Positions 41,539 through 52,469 of a DNA stretch of 64,000 bases are shown piece after piece. The notes under the pieces were generated by a model that saw only the letters and a list, made by a program, of their open reading frames with translations, did not search any database and had not been told where the DNA came from. The translations under genes were made by a program, and so were the position numbers. How positions within the stretch are numbered: position 1 is the stretch's first letter; each line of letters begins with the position of its first letter. The stretch is from an uncultured Planctomycetota bacterium. GTDB lineage: Bacteria > Planctomycetota > Planctomycetia > Pirellulales > Lacipirellulaceae. The DNA lies in contig CAVRBU010000002.1 of the NCBI GenBank assembly GCA_963719315.1, forward strand, positions 1,152,001 to 1,216,000, given 5' to 3'.

Positions 41539-42126
41539 GTGTACGAAGTCACTCTCATCCTGTCCGCCATAGAGCAAGGCGAGCCCCACGCCGCCGAGCA
41601 GTTGATGGCACTCGTCTACACCGAATTGCGTCGGCTTGCGGCCCGGAAGCTGGCCCAAGAGAAGCCAGGGCAAACCCTCGACGCAACCGGCTTGGTCCAT
41701 GAAGCCTACCTGCGCCTCTTCAGCGGCCAACAAAGTCAGACCACGCAGCAACACTGGGATAACCGTGGGCACTTCTTCGCCGCCGCCGCCGAAGCCATGC
41801 GGCGGATCTTGATCGAAAACGCCCGCCGCAAGAAACGCCTCAAACACGGCGGCGATCGAAAGCGAGTCGAATTGTCAGACCAGGATCTGGCCATCCACGA
41901 CGAGCCCGACCAACTGCTCGCGTTGGATGCGGCCCTGACGAAGCTGACTCAGGAAGATCCTGCGGCAGCACAACTAGTGAAGCTCCGCGTGTACACCGGC
42001 CTGTCGATCGAAAGGGCGGCCGAGGTGCTCGGCTTTTCGCGGGCAACTGCCTACCGCCACTGGAATTACGCCCGGGCCTGGCTCCGTTGCGAGATCGAGA
42101 AAGGGGGTGACTCAGAAGAAATTTAA
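41539..42126 (+). CDS. ECF sigma factor, TIGR02999 planctomycete type
   Basis: VTLIL...LVYTELRRLA...QTLDATGLVHEAYLRL...HFFAAAAEAMRRILI...WNYARAWL. Confidence 0.95.
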   Translation: MYEVTLILSAIEQGEPHAAEQLMALVYTELRRLAARKLAQEKPGQTLDATGLVHEAYLRLFSGQQSQTTQQHWDNRGHFFAAAAEAMRRILIENARRKKRLKHGGDRKRVELSDQDLAIHDEPDQLLALDAALTKLTQEDPAAAQLVKLRVYTGLSIERAAEVLGFSRATAYRHWNYARAWLRCEIEKGGDSEEI

Positions 42127-42743
42127 GAAACCGACTTGATATAGTGAGACAAATCAGCCGCGAACGTCGCATATCATGACGTAGCGACGGGTGCCCCGCC
42201 CGCCGGTTTCTCCGTAAATCGAACGGCGATCGAGCCGCCCATCGCCCAAAGGGAAGCTGCCCCATGGCCGATCCGAACAACGCAAAGTCGATTTTCCTGG
42301 CTGCCAGCGAGAAACCGCCGGCTGAGCGGCCCGCATTCTTGGACGAAGCCGTCGCCGGCGACACCAGGCTCCGCGCGGGTCGAAGCACTGCTCAAAGCCC
42401 ACGAGAATCCCGACAGTTTCCTGAAAGAGCCGGCCGCTGTGTTCGCCGCCACAATCGACTTGTCTCCCGCCGATCCGCCGCTGGCCGAGCGCCCGGGCAC
42501 CGTCATCGGCCCGTACAAGCTCCTGCAGCAGATCGGCGAAGGTGGCATGGGCGTCGTCTTCATGGCCGAGCAGACCGAGCCGATCCAGCGGACCGTCGCG
42601 CTCAAAATCATTAAGCCCGGCATGGACACCCGGCAAGTGATCGCCCGCTTCGAGGCCGAGCGGCAAGCGCTCGCCATGATGGACCACCCCAACATCGCCC
42701 GCGTGATCGACGCCGGAACGACGGGCGAAAAAGGGGACGGGAG

Positions 42744-43735
42744 TGCTCAGTAGAAAACGTCTGAATGCTAGCTAAACATCGGTGTGTGTTGGTTCGTATG
42801 ACGGTGGATGAAGACGAGCAAGAGTCCGAAGCGCGTGTTGGTCGAGGCACTGGCCGTGGCCCAGGCTTCGCTGCCGCGGTACTCGCATCGGTTCAGCCCA
42901 CGGGTCTTCACGCAGCATCAACTGTTTGCCTGTCTGGTGCTCAAGGATTTTTACAACCTGACCTATCGGGGCACCGTTGGCCTGTTGGCGGACAGCGATT
43001 CGCTGTGCGAAGCGATCGGCCTGGAAAAGGTGCCCCACTTCACGACGCTGCAAAAGTCGGCCGATCGGTTGTTGGTGAAGAAGTCGTTTCAACGGCTGAT
43101 CACGGCCACGGTCCAGCGGGCACGGAAGGCCAAGCTGCTCCGCCGCTCCGTGCGATTGGCAGCCATCGACACCAGCGGCTTCGAAGCGCGGCACACCAGT
43201 CGCTACTATGCCTGGCGTCGAAAAAAGGTGGGAAAACACGGACGAACGTGCGCCGTCTCCTATCGCCGCTACCCCAAGCTGGGCGTGGTCTGCGACACGA
43301 CGAGTCATTTCTGCCTGGCGGCCCGGGCTAGCCAGGGACCGCGGCCCGACTTCGGCGATTTCCGCCCGCTCGTCGTCGAAGCGCAGGCTCGCACCGGAGT
43401 GAAGGCGGTCGCGGCGGACGCCGGCTTCGACAGCGAAGCCAACCACGTGTTGGCCCGCGACGAACTGGGGATTCAGTCCCTGATCCCCGCCGAGCACGGC
43501 CGACCGCCGGCCGGGGAACCCGTGGGCCGCTATCGAAAGCAGATGAAACGTCATTTGCACGAAAGTCGTTATGGACAACGTTGGCAGGTGGAAACCGTCT
43601 ACTCGATGATCAAACGTCTCTCGGGAGAAGTCGTCAACGCCCGCACCCACTGGCGCCGCTGCCGACTCCTGCTCCTCAAAACACTCACTCACAACATCTC
43701 GATTCTCAGACAACACCTAGGTTTTCTACTGAGCA
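42744..43735 (+). mobile_element. Insertion sequence with DDE transposase, probably IS5 family
   Basis: 15-bp perfect TIR TGCTCAGTAGAAAAC / GTTTTCTACTGAGCA enclosing a transposase gene. Confidence 0.9.
42808..43735 (+). CDS. Transposase (DDE_Tnp_1-like); as sequenced the frame reads past the right TIR to 44073
   Basis: PHFTTLQK, AIDTSGF, ADAGFDSE, YGQRWQVETVYSMIKR. Confidence 0.88.
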
Positions 43736-46229
43736 ACTCCCGTCCCCTTTTTCGCTGGCCGTCCCTACTTCGTCATGGAACTGGTAAAAGGCGTGCCGAT
43801 CACCGACTACTGCGACCAGCAACACCTGCCGGTCCGCGAGCGTCTGGAATTGATGGCCACCGTTTGCCAGGCTGTCCAGCATGCCCACCAAAAAGGAATC
43901 ATCCACCGCGACATCAAACCAACCAACGTCCTGGTCGCCGAGTACGACGGAAAACCCGTCCCCAAGGTGATCGACTTCGGCGTGGCCAAGGCGACCGCTC
44001 AGCGGCTGACCGAGAAGACGATGTTCACCGAGTTGGGCCAGATGGTCGGGACGGTGGAGTACATGAGTCCTGAACAGGCCCGCTTCAACCAACTCGACGT
44101 TGACACCCGCAGCGACATTTATTCTCTCGGTGTGTTGCTCTACGAGCTCTTAACCGGCTCGACTCCGTTCGCACGGAAGCGCCTGCAGGAGGCGGCGTTT
44201 GACGAAATGCTGCGGATCATTCGCGAAGAAGAGCCACCCAACCCCAGCACGCGGCTCAGCACGGCCGATGCGCTCCCCTCGATTGCCGCCAACCGCAGCC
44301 TAGAGCCCTTGAAACTGAACCGGTTAGTGCAGGGCGAGCTGGACTGGATCGTGATGAAATCGCTAGAGAAGGACCGCAACCGGCGCTACGAAACGGCCAA
44401 CGGCTTCGCTGCCGACATCGAGCGCTACTTGCACGACGATACGGTGCAAGCCTGCCCGCCATCGTGCGCCTACCGCTTCCGCAAGTTCACCCGACGCAAC
44501 AAGCGGCCGTTGATTGCCGCCTCTTTGATCTTGCTGACGTTGATCGCCGGTATGCTCGGGACCACGAGTGGCTTGATCCGTGCGGAGAAGGCTCGCCAAA
44601 CTGCGGAGGCGCGCGAAGCGGAAACGCGCGCAGTGCTTGATTTCGTGCAAGTAAAGGTGCTTGCTGCCGCCGGGCCGGAAGGCACGCAAGGTGGGCTGGG
44701 CCGCGATGTGACTCTCCGCAAGGCCGTCGAAGCCGCTCTGCCGTTCGTCGAAACGAGCTTCCTTAACCATCCGCAGATTGAGGCCCAGTTGCGGTCGACG
44801 TTCGGAACTGCATTCTCCAACTTGGGGGAAGCGGGCCAGGGGGCTGAGCAATTCCGGAAGGCCCGCCTGCTGTTCAGCGAATGCCTGGGCCCCGACTGCC
44901 CCGAGGCGCTCGAGAGCATGAGCAATTTGGCCAACTGCTACTTTGACCTTGGCCGGTACGCCGATGCCCTCAAGCTTCGCGAGGAAGCGCTGGCATTGTG
45001 TAAGTCCAAGCTCGGCCTCGATCACCGCGACACGTTGTGGAGCATGAACAACCTAGCTAACAGCTACGCGGCAGCTGGACGCCACGCCGACGCCCTCAAG
45101 CTTCACGAGGAGGCGCTGGCGATGTGTAAGTCCAAGCTTGGCCCCGACCACCCCGAAACGCTAAGGGCAATGATGAACGTGGCCAATAGCTATGAGTCCT
45201 TCGGCCGGCATCTCGAAGCCCTCAAGCTTCGCGAGGAGACGCTTGCGCTGCAGAAGGCCAAGCTTGGCCCCGACAATATCGACACGCTTCGCAGCATGAA
45301 CAACCTGGCCAACAGCTATTCCCATCTCGGCCGGGACGCTGACGCTCTCAAGCTCCGCGAGGAGACGCTCGCGCTGGAGATGGCCAAGCTTGGATCCGAT
45401 CACCCCGACACACTCATGACCATGGGCAATTTGGCCGTCAGCTATTCGAAACTTGGCCGTGAAGCCGACGCTCTCAAGCTCCGCAAAGAGACCCTGGCGC
45501 TGGATAAAGAAAAACTCGGCCCGGAACACCCCAGAACGTCGCTTGACATGCACAACTTGGCCAACAGCTACACTGCCCTCGGGCGGTACGCCGATGCGCT
45601 CAAGCTCCATGAAGAGGCGCTGGCGTTGCAGAAAGCCAAGCTCGGACCTAATCACCCCGACACTCTGATGTCGATGGAGGGCGTGGCCTCTAGTCTCGTC
45701 GAACTTGATCGCAGCGCCGAGGCCTGGCCGATCATCGACGAGTGCCTGAAGCGGGCGGATGGCCAGCAAGTCCAGCCGGTTGTGATTTGGCGCTTGTTAA
45801 AACTTCGATTGCGACATTTCCAAAAGGCGCAGGATGCGACCGGCTGCGGGGAAACCGCCGAAATGTGGGAGAAACTTGGGCGTACGGATGCAGGTGGCCC
45901 GTACAACGCGGCCTGTTTTCGCGGGGTCACGGCCGCGGTCGTCGAGCGCGATCCGAAGATTCCTGCCGCTGACGCCGCTCGGCTCGCTCAGGAGGAGGCC
46001 GACCGGGCGATGGAGTGGCTGAAGCTAGCCGTCGCCGCCGGACACAGCGATGCCCAGTTCATCAAGCAGGACGCCGATCTCGATATCTTGCGCGAGCGGA
46101 AGGATTTCAAGAAGCTTGTCGCCGAATTGGAGAGCAAGGCGAAAGGGGAAGGACAGATAAAGGACAAATCGGAAGTCAAGGATCAGGGGCTAACAAAGAA
46201 GTCGGATTGACCCCCGATTCCTGGCAACT

Positions 46230-46325
46230 AAGAAAAAGCGGCCGGTGAGGCTTACCGCGAAGCAAGCTCCTCACCGGCCCAGCATCTCCTCGGCGCTCGT
46301 TTTGCGCCGGGGGCGATGACTTTTT
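46230..46325. promoter_or_regulatory. Two-hairpin structured intergenic element, copy 1
   Basis: Near-identical to 48212..48308. Stem GGCCGGTGAGG/CCTCACCGGCC, then a second stem and a T run. Confidence 0.65.
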
Positions 46326-46422
46326 AATTGTAACGCAGAACACACACGAAAAACGTCATGAAGCGTCACTTTTCTGTCGCTCGCTTTGCGCCGACCGTCT
46401 TAGCCCTACTAGGAGATGTTCG

Positions 46423-47567
46423 ATGATGATCATCGTTTTCGGAACCGTCTTGCCGTGGCTGTTGATTGCTATTGGAACCTGGCTCGCGTATGAGCTCGTG
46501 CGCCAGAATGGCCGCATCCTGTTGCGTCTGGAGGCGATCGAGCAGCAATTCGGGCTTGGCCCGCGGCGTGGCGTCGGGACGCAGCGGCCGGAGGCCGGCG
46601 GTCTGCAGTTCGGCGCGGTGGCGCCGGACTTTGAGCTTCCCGATCTCGCGGGCGTGCGCCACAAACTTTCCGAGTTTCGTGAACGGAATGTATTGCTCGT
46701 ATTCTTCAACCCGCAGTGCGGGTACTGCACGCAGATGGCCGCCGACCTGGCCGCCCTGCCGGCCGCGGCAGGCAACCGGCGGGCGGTCCCGGTCGTGGTT
46801 ACGACCGGCGATGCCGCGAGGAGAACCGGAAGCTGGTCGAGCGTTACGGCATTCGTTGTCTGGTCCTCTTGCAGGAGCAAATGGAGGTCGCCGCGAAGTA
46901 TCAAGCCCAGGGAACACCGATGGGATATCGGATCGACGGCGCGGGACGAATCGCCAGCGAGCTAGCCGTGGGGGCCGAGCCTCTGCTGCAACTGGCAACC
47001 ACGCTCGCGCCCGACTCGGTCGAACGGGGCGCAGCACTCAAAGGCTCCGCGCCGCACGGCGCGAACGACGATCCCTCGCTGGCTCGCAGTCGCCTGAACC
47101 GTAGCGGACTGAAGGCCGGCCTCCCGGCGCCAGATTTCCAGTTACCGCGGATTGACGAAGGCGAGCTTGCGTTGACGGACTTCCGGGGCGAACGCGTGCT
47201 GCTGGTGTTTTCCGATCCCGACTGCGGCCCCTGCGATGAGCTGGCGCCGCAACTACAATCGCTTCACCTACGGCGGCCGGAGCTGCAGGAGCTGGTCGTG
47301 AGCCGGCGTGACGTAGAGGCGAATCGCGCCAAGGTGTCCAGCCTGGGGCTGACTTTTCCCATTGTGCTGCAGAAGCAGTGGGAAGTCTCGCGCAAGTACG
47401 GGATGTTCGCCACGCCCATCGGCTATCTGATCGACGAGCAAGGAATTCTTGTGAGCGACGTCGCCGTGGGAGTCGGTCCGATTCTGGCTCTGGCCAGCGA
47501 AGGGGCGCATGAATCGTACGAAAGCGAGTCAATTCGCCGCGAGGCGGAACAAGCCTTAACGATCTGA
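46423..47567 (+). CDS. Membrane-anchored tandem redoxin (AhpC/TSA, MauD-like), with a frameshift near 46817
   Basis: AGGAG RBS, N-terminal TM, two APDF-LP...CxxC domains (CGYC, CGPC). Confidence 0.85.
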
Positions 47568-47614
47568 GTTGAATTGAGACTACTACATATTCTACAAGAA
47601 ACGAGGTATCGATC

Positions 47615-48130
47615 ATGGAACGTCTCGACGAATTATCGAAGTTATTGACACGGTCGGTGTCGCGGCGCGAATCGCTCCGGGGCATTGGGACCGCATTGGC
47701 CGGAGTGGTATTTGGTTCTCTGGGCGTTGGAACCGCCTGGGCCGCCAGGCCGGATCGGTGTACCGCCTTCTGCCGGTCGTGTCCCACCAGGAAGCGGCGG
47801 AATCAATGCGTGGCGGCCTGCCGGTCGTGCAACGGCAACACCAACCGCCTCTGTGGAAGTTGTGGAAACTTTACCTGTTGCCCCACGGGGACGACCTGCT
47901 GCAACGGGACCTGCACCAGCATGAATTCCGATCCGCACAACTGCGGCGCCTGTGGATACGTATGCCCTGCGTCGGCTCCCATCTGTAACCAGGGAGCGTG
48001 CTTTGATTGCCCGCCGGGTACTGATTTTTTATGGGATTCAAGGAACTGTGGCGGGTGTGGCATTGTCTGCCCCGCGCAATTTGGCTGCTCATGGGGCGTC
48101 TGTGAGAGTATTTGTATTGGCTGCGAATGA
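47615..48130 (+). CDS. Tat-signal cysteine-rich protein
   Basis: SRRESL twin-arginine motif, AWA cleavage site, 26 Cys, two D-x-x-NCG-x-CG-x-VC repeats. Confidence 0.85.
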   Translation: MERLDELSKLLTRSVSRRESLRGIGTALAGVVFGSLGVGTAWAARPDRCTAFCRSCPTRKRRNQCVAACRSCNGNTNRLCGSCGNFTCCPTGTTCCNGTCTSMNSDPHNCGACGYVCPASAPICNQGACFDCPPGTDFLWDSRNCGGCGIVCPAQFGCSWGVCESICIGCE

Positions 48131-48211
48131 TTCGGCCGCCAGGATCACCATTGGCTGGGGCGGTGTGCAGAGTTATGCCAGACCCCAACTCCATTTTGTA
48201 TCGACCTGATC

Positions 48212-48308
48212 AAGAAAAGCGGCCGGTGAGGCTTACCACGAAGCAAGCTCCTCACCGGCCCGGCATCTCCTCGGCGCTCAGTCTGCGCCCGGGGCTATGA
48301 CTTTTTTT
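48212..48308. promoter_or_regulatory. Two-hairpin structured intergenic element, copy 2
   Basis: Near-identical to 46230..46325; ends in T7, 29 nt before ATG 48338. Confidence 0.65.
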
Positions 48309-48337
48309 ACCGCAGACCCGAAATTGGGAACACATTC

Positions 48338-49750
48338 ATGACAAATACTCGAACGACTAGTTGCGTCGTCGTGCTCGCGGCGTTCGCCCTATCGGTCGCC
48401 ACGGCTTCGCACGCCGCTTCGTACACTGTCACCGATTTAGGAACGCTGGGAGGGTCCGATAGTTTTGGATCGGGACTCAATGTCGGCGGTCAGGTCGCAG
48501 GCGCCTCCTACGCGACCGGTGACGCCGCCTATCACACTTTTCTATGGAAACCAGCCACGCCGAATGGCGCGAGCGGCACGAAGACCGACCTCCTAACGCT
48601 GGGCGGAACGCAAAGCTATGGGAACGGCCTCAATGCCAGCGGCCAGGTGACGGGCGAGTCCTCCACGACCGGAGACGCGGCCACTCACGCATTTTTGTGG
48701 AAACCAACAACGCCGGGCGGCGCCAGCGGCACCATGTTCAACCTGGGAACGCTCGGTGGAACCGACAGCCACGGCTACGGCATCAACGCCACCGGTCAGA
48801 TAACAGGCGATTCGGACAGGACCGGAGACTCGACCACGCACGCATTTCTGTGGAAACCATCGGTGCCTAACGGCACGAGCGGCACGATGCACGACTTGGG
48901 ATCGCTCGGCGGAACCGAAAGTGATGGGGGCGCGATCAATGCCAGCGGTCAGGTATCTGGATCGTCCCTGACGACGGGAGACGCGGCCTACCACGCATTT
49001 TTGTGGAAACCAACGACGCCGAACGGCACCAGCGGCACGATGCACGACCTCTTGACCCTTGGAGGAACAGAGAGTTATGGAGGAACCATCAATACCAACG
49101 GTCAGGTAGCAGGTTTTTCCTACACAGCCGGGGACGCGGCCTACCACGCCTTCCTATGGACGCCAACGACGCCGAACGGCACCAGCGGCACGATGCTGGA
49201 CCTGACAACGCTGGGCGGGCTCAACAGCTACGGCTACAACGTCGGTGCCCTCGGTCAGGTGGTCGGCGCGTCCGAAGTAGCAACCAATATCTCCATCAAC
49301 GAGCACGCATTTCTGTACACAAGCGGCAGCGGCATGGTGGATCTGAATACGCGGATCGACCCGCTCTCCGGTTGGGAGTTATTGGACGCATCCGACATCA
49401 ACGACGCCGGGCAGATCACGGGACAGGGGCTGATCGGCGGCCAGTACCACGCGTATTTGCTCACGCCCGCTCTCACAATTCCCGGCGACTTCAACGGCAA
49501 CGGCACCGTCGACGCCGCCGACTACATCGTCTGGCGGAAGACCGATGGCACGCAGACCGGATACAACGCGTGGCGCACCCACTTCGGCCAAACCGCCGGC
49601 TCCGGTTCGGCTGCCACTGGCGGGGTACCCTCTGGGTCCAGTGCCTCAAACGCCATTCCCGAGCCAGGATCGCTCGTATTAGTTCTGCCTGCCATTCTGG
49701 GGTTGTTCACGATTCCCCGCGGCCGAGCGCCGGCCAAAAATCGAATCTAG
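48338..49750 (+). CDS. HAF-repeat extracellular protein with dockerin-like and PEP-CTERM domains
   Basis: Signal peptide, repeated DLGTLGG...INASGQV...HAFLW, GDFNGNGTVDAADYIVWR, IPEPGS plus TM and basic tail. Confidence 0.93.
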   Translation: MTNTRTTSCVVVLAAFALSVATASHAASYTVTDLGTLGGSDSFGSGLNVGGQVAGASYATGDAAYHTFLWKPATPNGASGTKTDLLTLGGTQSYGNGLNASGQVTGESSTTGDAATHAFLWKPTTPGGASGTMFNLGTLGGTDSHGYGINATGQITGDSDRTGDSTTHAFLWKPSVPNGTSGTMHDLGSLGGTESDGGAINASGQVSGSSLTTGDAAYHAFLWKPTTPNGTSGTMHDLLTLGGTESYGGTINTNGQVAGFSYTAGDAAYHAFLWTPTTPNGTSGTMLDLTTLGGLNSYGYNVGALGQVVGASEVATNISINEHAFLYTSGSGMVDLNTRIDPLSGWELLDASDINDAGQITGQGLIGGQYHAYLLTPALTIPGDFNGNGTVDAADYIVWRKTDGTQTGYNAWRTHFGQTAGSGSAATGGVPSGSSASNAIPEPGSLVLVLPAILGLFTIPRGRAPAKNRI

Positions 49751-49829
49751 AAATCAGCGCCCAATCTGCTACATTCGATCTCCGCGCAGAAAACCCCGGC
49801 GCTCGTTCTTTGGCAACCAGGAGTAACCA

Positions 49830-49912
49830 GTAGGTCCCGCTTGCCGAGCGGGACCTCAGCGGCTGTGCGCGCTCCACCCGCACGGAGGTCCCTTCCGGCA
49901 GAAGGGACCTAA
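49830..49912. repeat. GTAG-type REP doublet
   Basis: GTAGGTCCCGCTTGCCGAGCGGGACCT and the inverted partner AGGTCCCTTCCGGCAGAAGGGACCTA. Confidence 0.75.
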
Positions 49913-50432
49913 TTCGTGGGCCTCTCCCGAAGAGCGAGTGAGACGCTCGGTTAGCGCATCAAAGAACGTAAACTCCCAAACTTTTGCCCGCCGCCGTGCG
50001 TGCCTCATCGCGGGTTTTGCAGAGCGGCGCGCCCTGCTGGTCGAGCAAAACGAAAGACTTTAGGACGCGTTCCATGGGACCCCTTTGGACTGCCAAAACA
50101 CATCCTTTGGCCACCAAAGAAGTTACGTACAGCTTGCCCCGACACCCCTCGTAAAACTGCGTGGCGCAGGGAATACGTGCACTTCTGGCACGAACAGCGC
50201 CGATCGGTCGTACATAACACCCGCGCTGGCGGCGCGCTTGGATCGCCAGGCCGATCAGCGTCCAGTCGCGGCGCTACCCTCCGCCGCGTCGCTGTCGGCC
50301 GTGCCCGAACCCTCACCCGCTGTCTTGTGCCTCATCGCCGCCATCGGTCTAGGCATCAATCACTGCCGCTGTATGCCGGCCAAAAATCGTTGCTGAATTC
50401 GAGCCCGCGTTGTGCCACTTCCCCCAAAACGA

Positions 50433-50462
50433 AAACGCCCCGGCGCGGTGGCCGGGGCGGTT
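50433..50462 (-). terminator. Intrinsic terminator of the 50497..51012 gene
   Basis: CGCCCCGG/CCGGGGCG stem followed by TTTTCGTTTT on the minus strand. Confidence 0.7.
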
Positions 50463-50496
50463 GAGTTACTGAGATAGCGGTTGTCACCAGCGGCTA

Positions 50497-51012
50497 TTAG
50501 AAGCCCGAGGCCGAGCGGAACATCGGCTGGCTGTTGCCCATCGACGGGCTCGAGCTGCTGCCGATGCTGGCGGCCACTGGCTGCGGGGCCGGTTTGTTGA
50601 TTCGGCTCGGCGCAGCACTGCTGCGCTCGGTCGGAATCAGATCCTGCTCGATCACCTGCAGCAGCTTCGAGATGCACAACTTGTTCATGCTAGTCCGCAG
50701 GTCGTGAGCCTCGGTTCGCAAGTACTCGTGCATGCTCTTCGGCAGCCGGACCGTGATAACGCGGGTCGGCTCGCTTTCGGTGTCGGTAGCGCTCTTCTGC
50801 TCGCGGAGCTTGACCAGCCATTTCTGGATCTGGTCGAATTCCTGGCTTTTCTCGAACGCGGTCAAGTCTTCCAGACGCGTGAACTGGCGACGGACGATTC
50901 CGTCGACACCGAGAATCTCGCGGAAGAACGTGACCCAGTCCGGCTCAGATTCATAGAGCTGGCGGGCCGTTTGCAGGATGGGTTGGTACTTCTCCGTCGA
51001 TTGGGTAAGCAC
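50497..51012 (-). CDS. Hypothetical protein with ribbon-helix-helix (HicB C-terminal-like) DNA-binding motif
   Basis: RVITVRLPKSMHEYLRTEA...SMNKLC; GGAAGGAG RBS upstream. Confidence 0.75.
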   Translation of the reverse strand: MLTQSTEKYQPILQTARQLYESEPDWVTFFREILGVDGIVRRQFTRLEDLTAFEKSQEFDQIQKWLVKLREQKSATDTESEPTRVITVRLPKSMHEYLRTEAHDLRTSMNKLCISKLLQVIEQDLIPTERSSAAPSRINKPAPQPVAASIGSSSSPSMGNSQPMFRSASGF

Positions 51013-51338
51013 GGCGATTGTCTCCTTCCAGGTCGTGCGGAATACGATGTGGCCGGGCGGCCACGATTCGGGTCGTTATTTAGTGGCATTCTAAAAAGGC
51101 GACAAGTGCAATCATGCATCTCCTTGCATTGCTTGCACTTACGCTAGCAGCTAGCGATTGCCTATATGCAGGCAATGCCTGCATAAGAAATGGGCGGACC
51201 CCTCGTGCCTAGTTCTTAGGCAGCCGAACCTGTCCCATTGGACGTAGTGTCCCGCTGGCAGGGTTCTTAGAAAAACCTGAGCTAAAGCCTCGGGTTTTAT
51301 GGGCTGATAGTCAGCTAGAACGCTGCAAGTCAGCAAGT

Positions 51339-52271
51339 TCAAGCATTAGCCAATCTTTTTTTGACCCGCTCCAGAAGTTGCTTGGTCAATTTGACGCCCT
51401 CCATTTCGCCGGGCGTCTCCCCTTCCCACTCGATCCCCACGTAACCGTGGTAACCTGCGTCGAGTACGATTTTCATCATTTTGAAATAGTCGATCTCGGC
51501 CTCGTTCCCGTCTTTGTCGAAGACGTGGCTCTTGGCGCTCACCCCCTTGGCGAACGGCATCATATCCGCCACGCCCTCATAGCGGTCGTACTTCTCGGTC
51601 GGGCTGATGTTGAAGTTCCCGAAGTCGGGCAACGTTCCGCAGTTCGTCAGACCCACGTCCTTAATGACGCCGGCCAGCCATTTGCCGTTCGACGAGATCC
51701 CGCCGTGGTTCTCGACGATCACGTTCATGCTATGCTTGGCGCCGAACTCGCTCAGACGGCGTAGCCCATCCACGGCATGTTCGTGCTGATCCTGCGGCTT
51801 GCCTGAGGACCGAGCGTTCACCCGAATCGAATGGCAGCCCAAGATCTTGGCCGCCTCGACCCATTTGTAATGATTCTCGACGGCCTTGGTCCGCTTGGCG
51901 TCGTCGGGATCGCCGAGGTCACCCTCATTGTCGCACATGATCAGCCCGCTGCGGACGCCATTGTCCTCGCACCGCTTCTTGAGCTGCTTGAGGTACGAGT
52001 CGTCCTTCGCCTTATCCATGAAGAACTGATTGACGTACTCGACGCAGTCAATATCGAAATCGCGTTTGGCAACGAGCGGGAAGTCGAGATTGTCCATCTT
52101 GCCGCTGTTGAGCGCGCGGTGGAACGACCATTCGGCGAGCGAAATCTTGAACAGAGGATCGGAATTCTCTGCGGCACTCGCAGCAGAGTTAGGCAGTGAG
52201 CTGAGGCCCATCGCGGCTCCGGCCGCCGCCGTTGTCCGAAGAAAATTCCGCCGATCGAGTGAGCCGCTCAT
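51339..52271 (-). CDS. Tat-exported sugar phosphate isomerase/epimerase (TIM barrel)
   Basis: DRRNFL signal, VENHGG, LPDFGNF, GIEWEG. Confidence 0.9.
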   Translation of the reverse strand: MSGSLDRRNFLRTTAAAGAAMGLSSLPNSAASAAENSDPLFKISLAEWSFHRALNSGKMDNLDFPLVAKRDFDIDCVEYVNQFFMDKAKDDSYLKQLKKRCEDNGVRSGLIMCDNEGDLGDPDDAKRTKAVENHYKWVEAAKILGCHSIRVNARSSGKPQDQHEHAVDGLRRLSEFGAKHSMNVIVENHGGISSNGKWLAGVIKDVGLTNCGTLPDFGNFNISPTEKYDRYEGVADMMPFAKGVSAKSHVFDKDGNEAEIDYFKMMKIVLDAGYHGYVGIEWEGETPGEMEGVKLTKQLLERVKKRLANA

Positions 52272-52469
52272 GATGGAAGCCTCCCAAGAAACGAAGTTCA
52301 ACGCAAGGCCGACTGCCGCTGGTGAAATGCCATCTAGGAAACAGCATTATGGGATCAGAATCGTTGGACGGCAACCAATTTGATCGCGGGCCGCTCAATC
52401 GGCTATATTTGGCGGCACGAATATTACCACGCACAGGTGCCTGTCCTAATTCCAACGGGAGTTTTGTCG

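Larger units (their letters stand above)
42264..46210 (+). pseudogene. Ser/Thr protein kinase with TPR repeats, interrupted by an IS; also a 1-bp frameshift near 42377
   Basis: [16 protein letters not shown] before the IS. GRPYFVMELV, HRDIKPTN, DFG, YMSPEQ and 42-aa repeats (LGPDHP-TL-SMNNLA) after it. Confidence 0.9.

Noticed and set aside
44880..45680. DNA repeats as a DGR template/variable pair
   Set aside because: They are 126-bp coding TPR repeats and no reverse transcriptase is present.
46230..48308. Integron attC sites or CRISPR repeats
   Set aside because: No RYYYAAC/GTTRRRY ends, no integron integrase, only two long copies 2 kb apart.
48420..49320. ~150-bp direct repeats as a mobile or array structure
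   Set aside because: Explained by HAF protein repeats.
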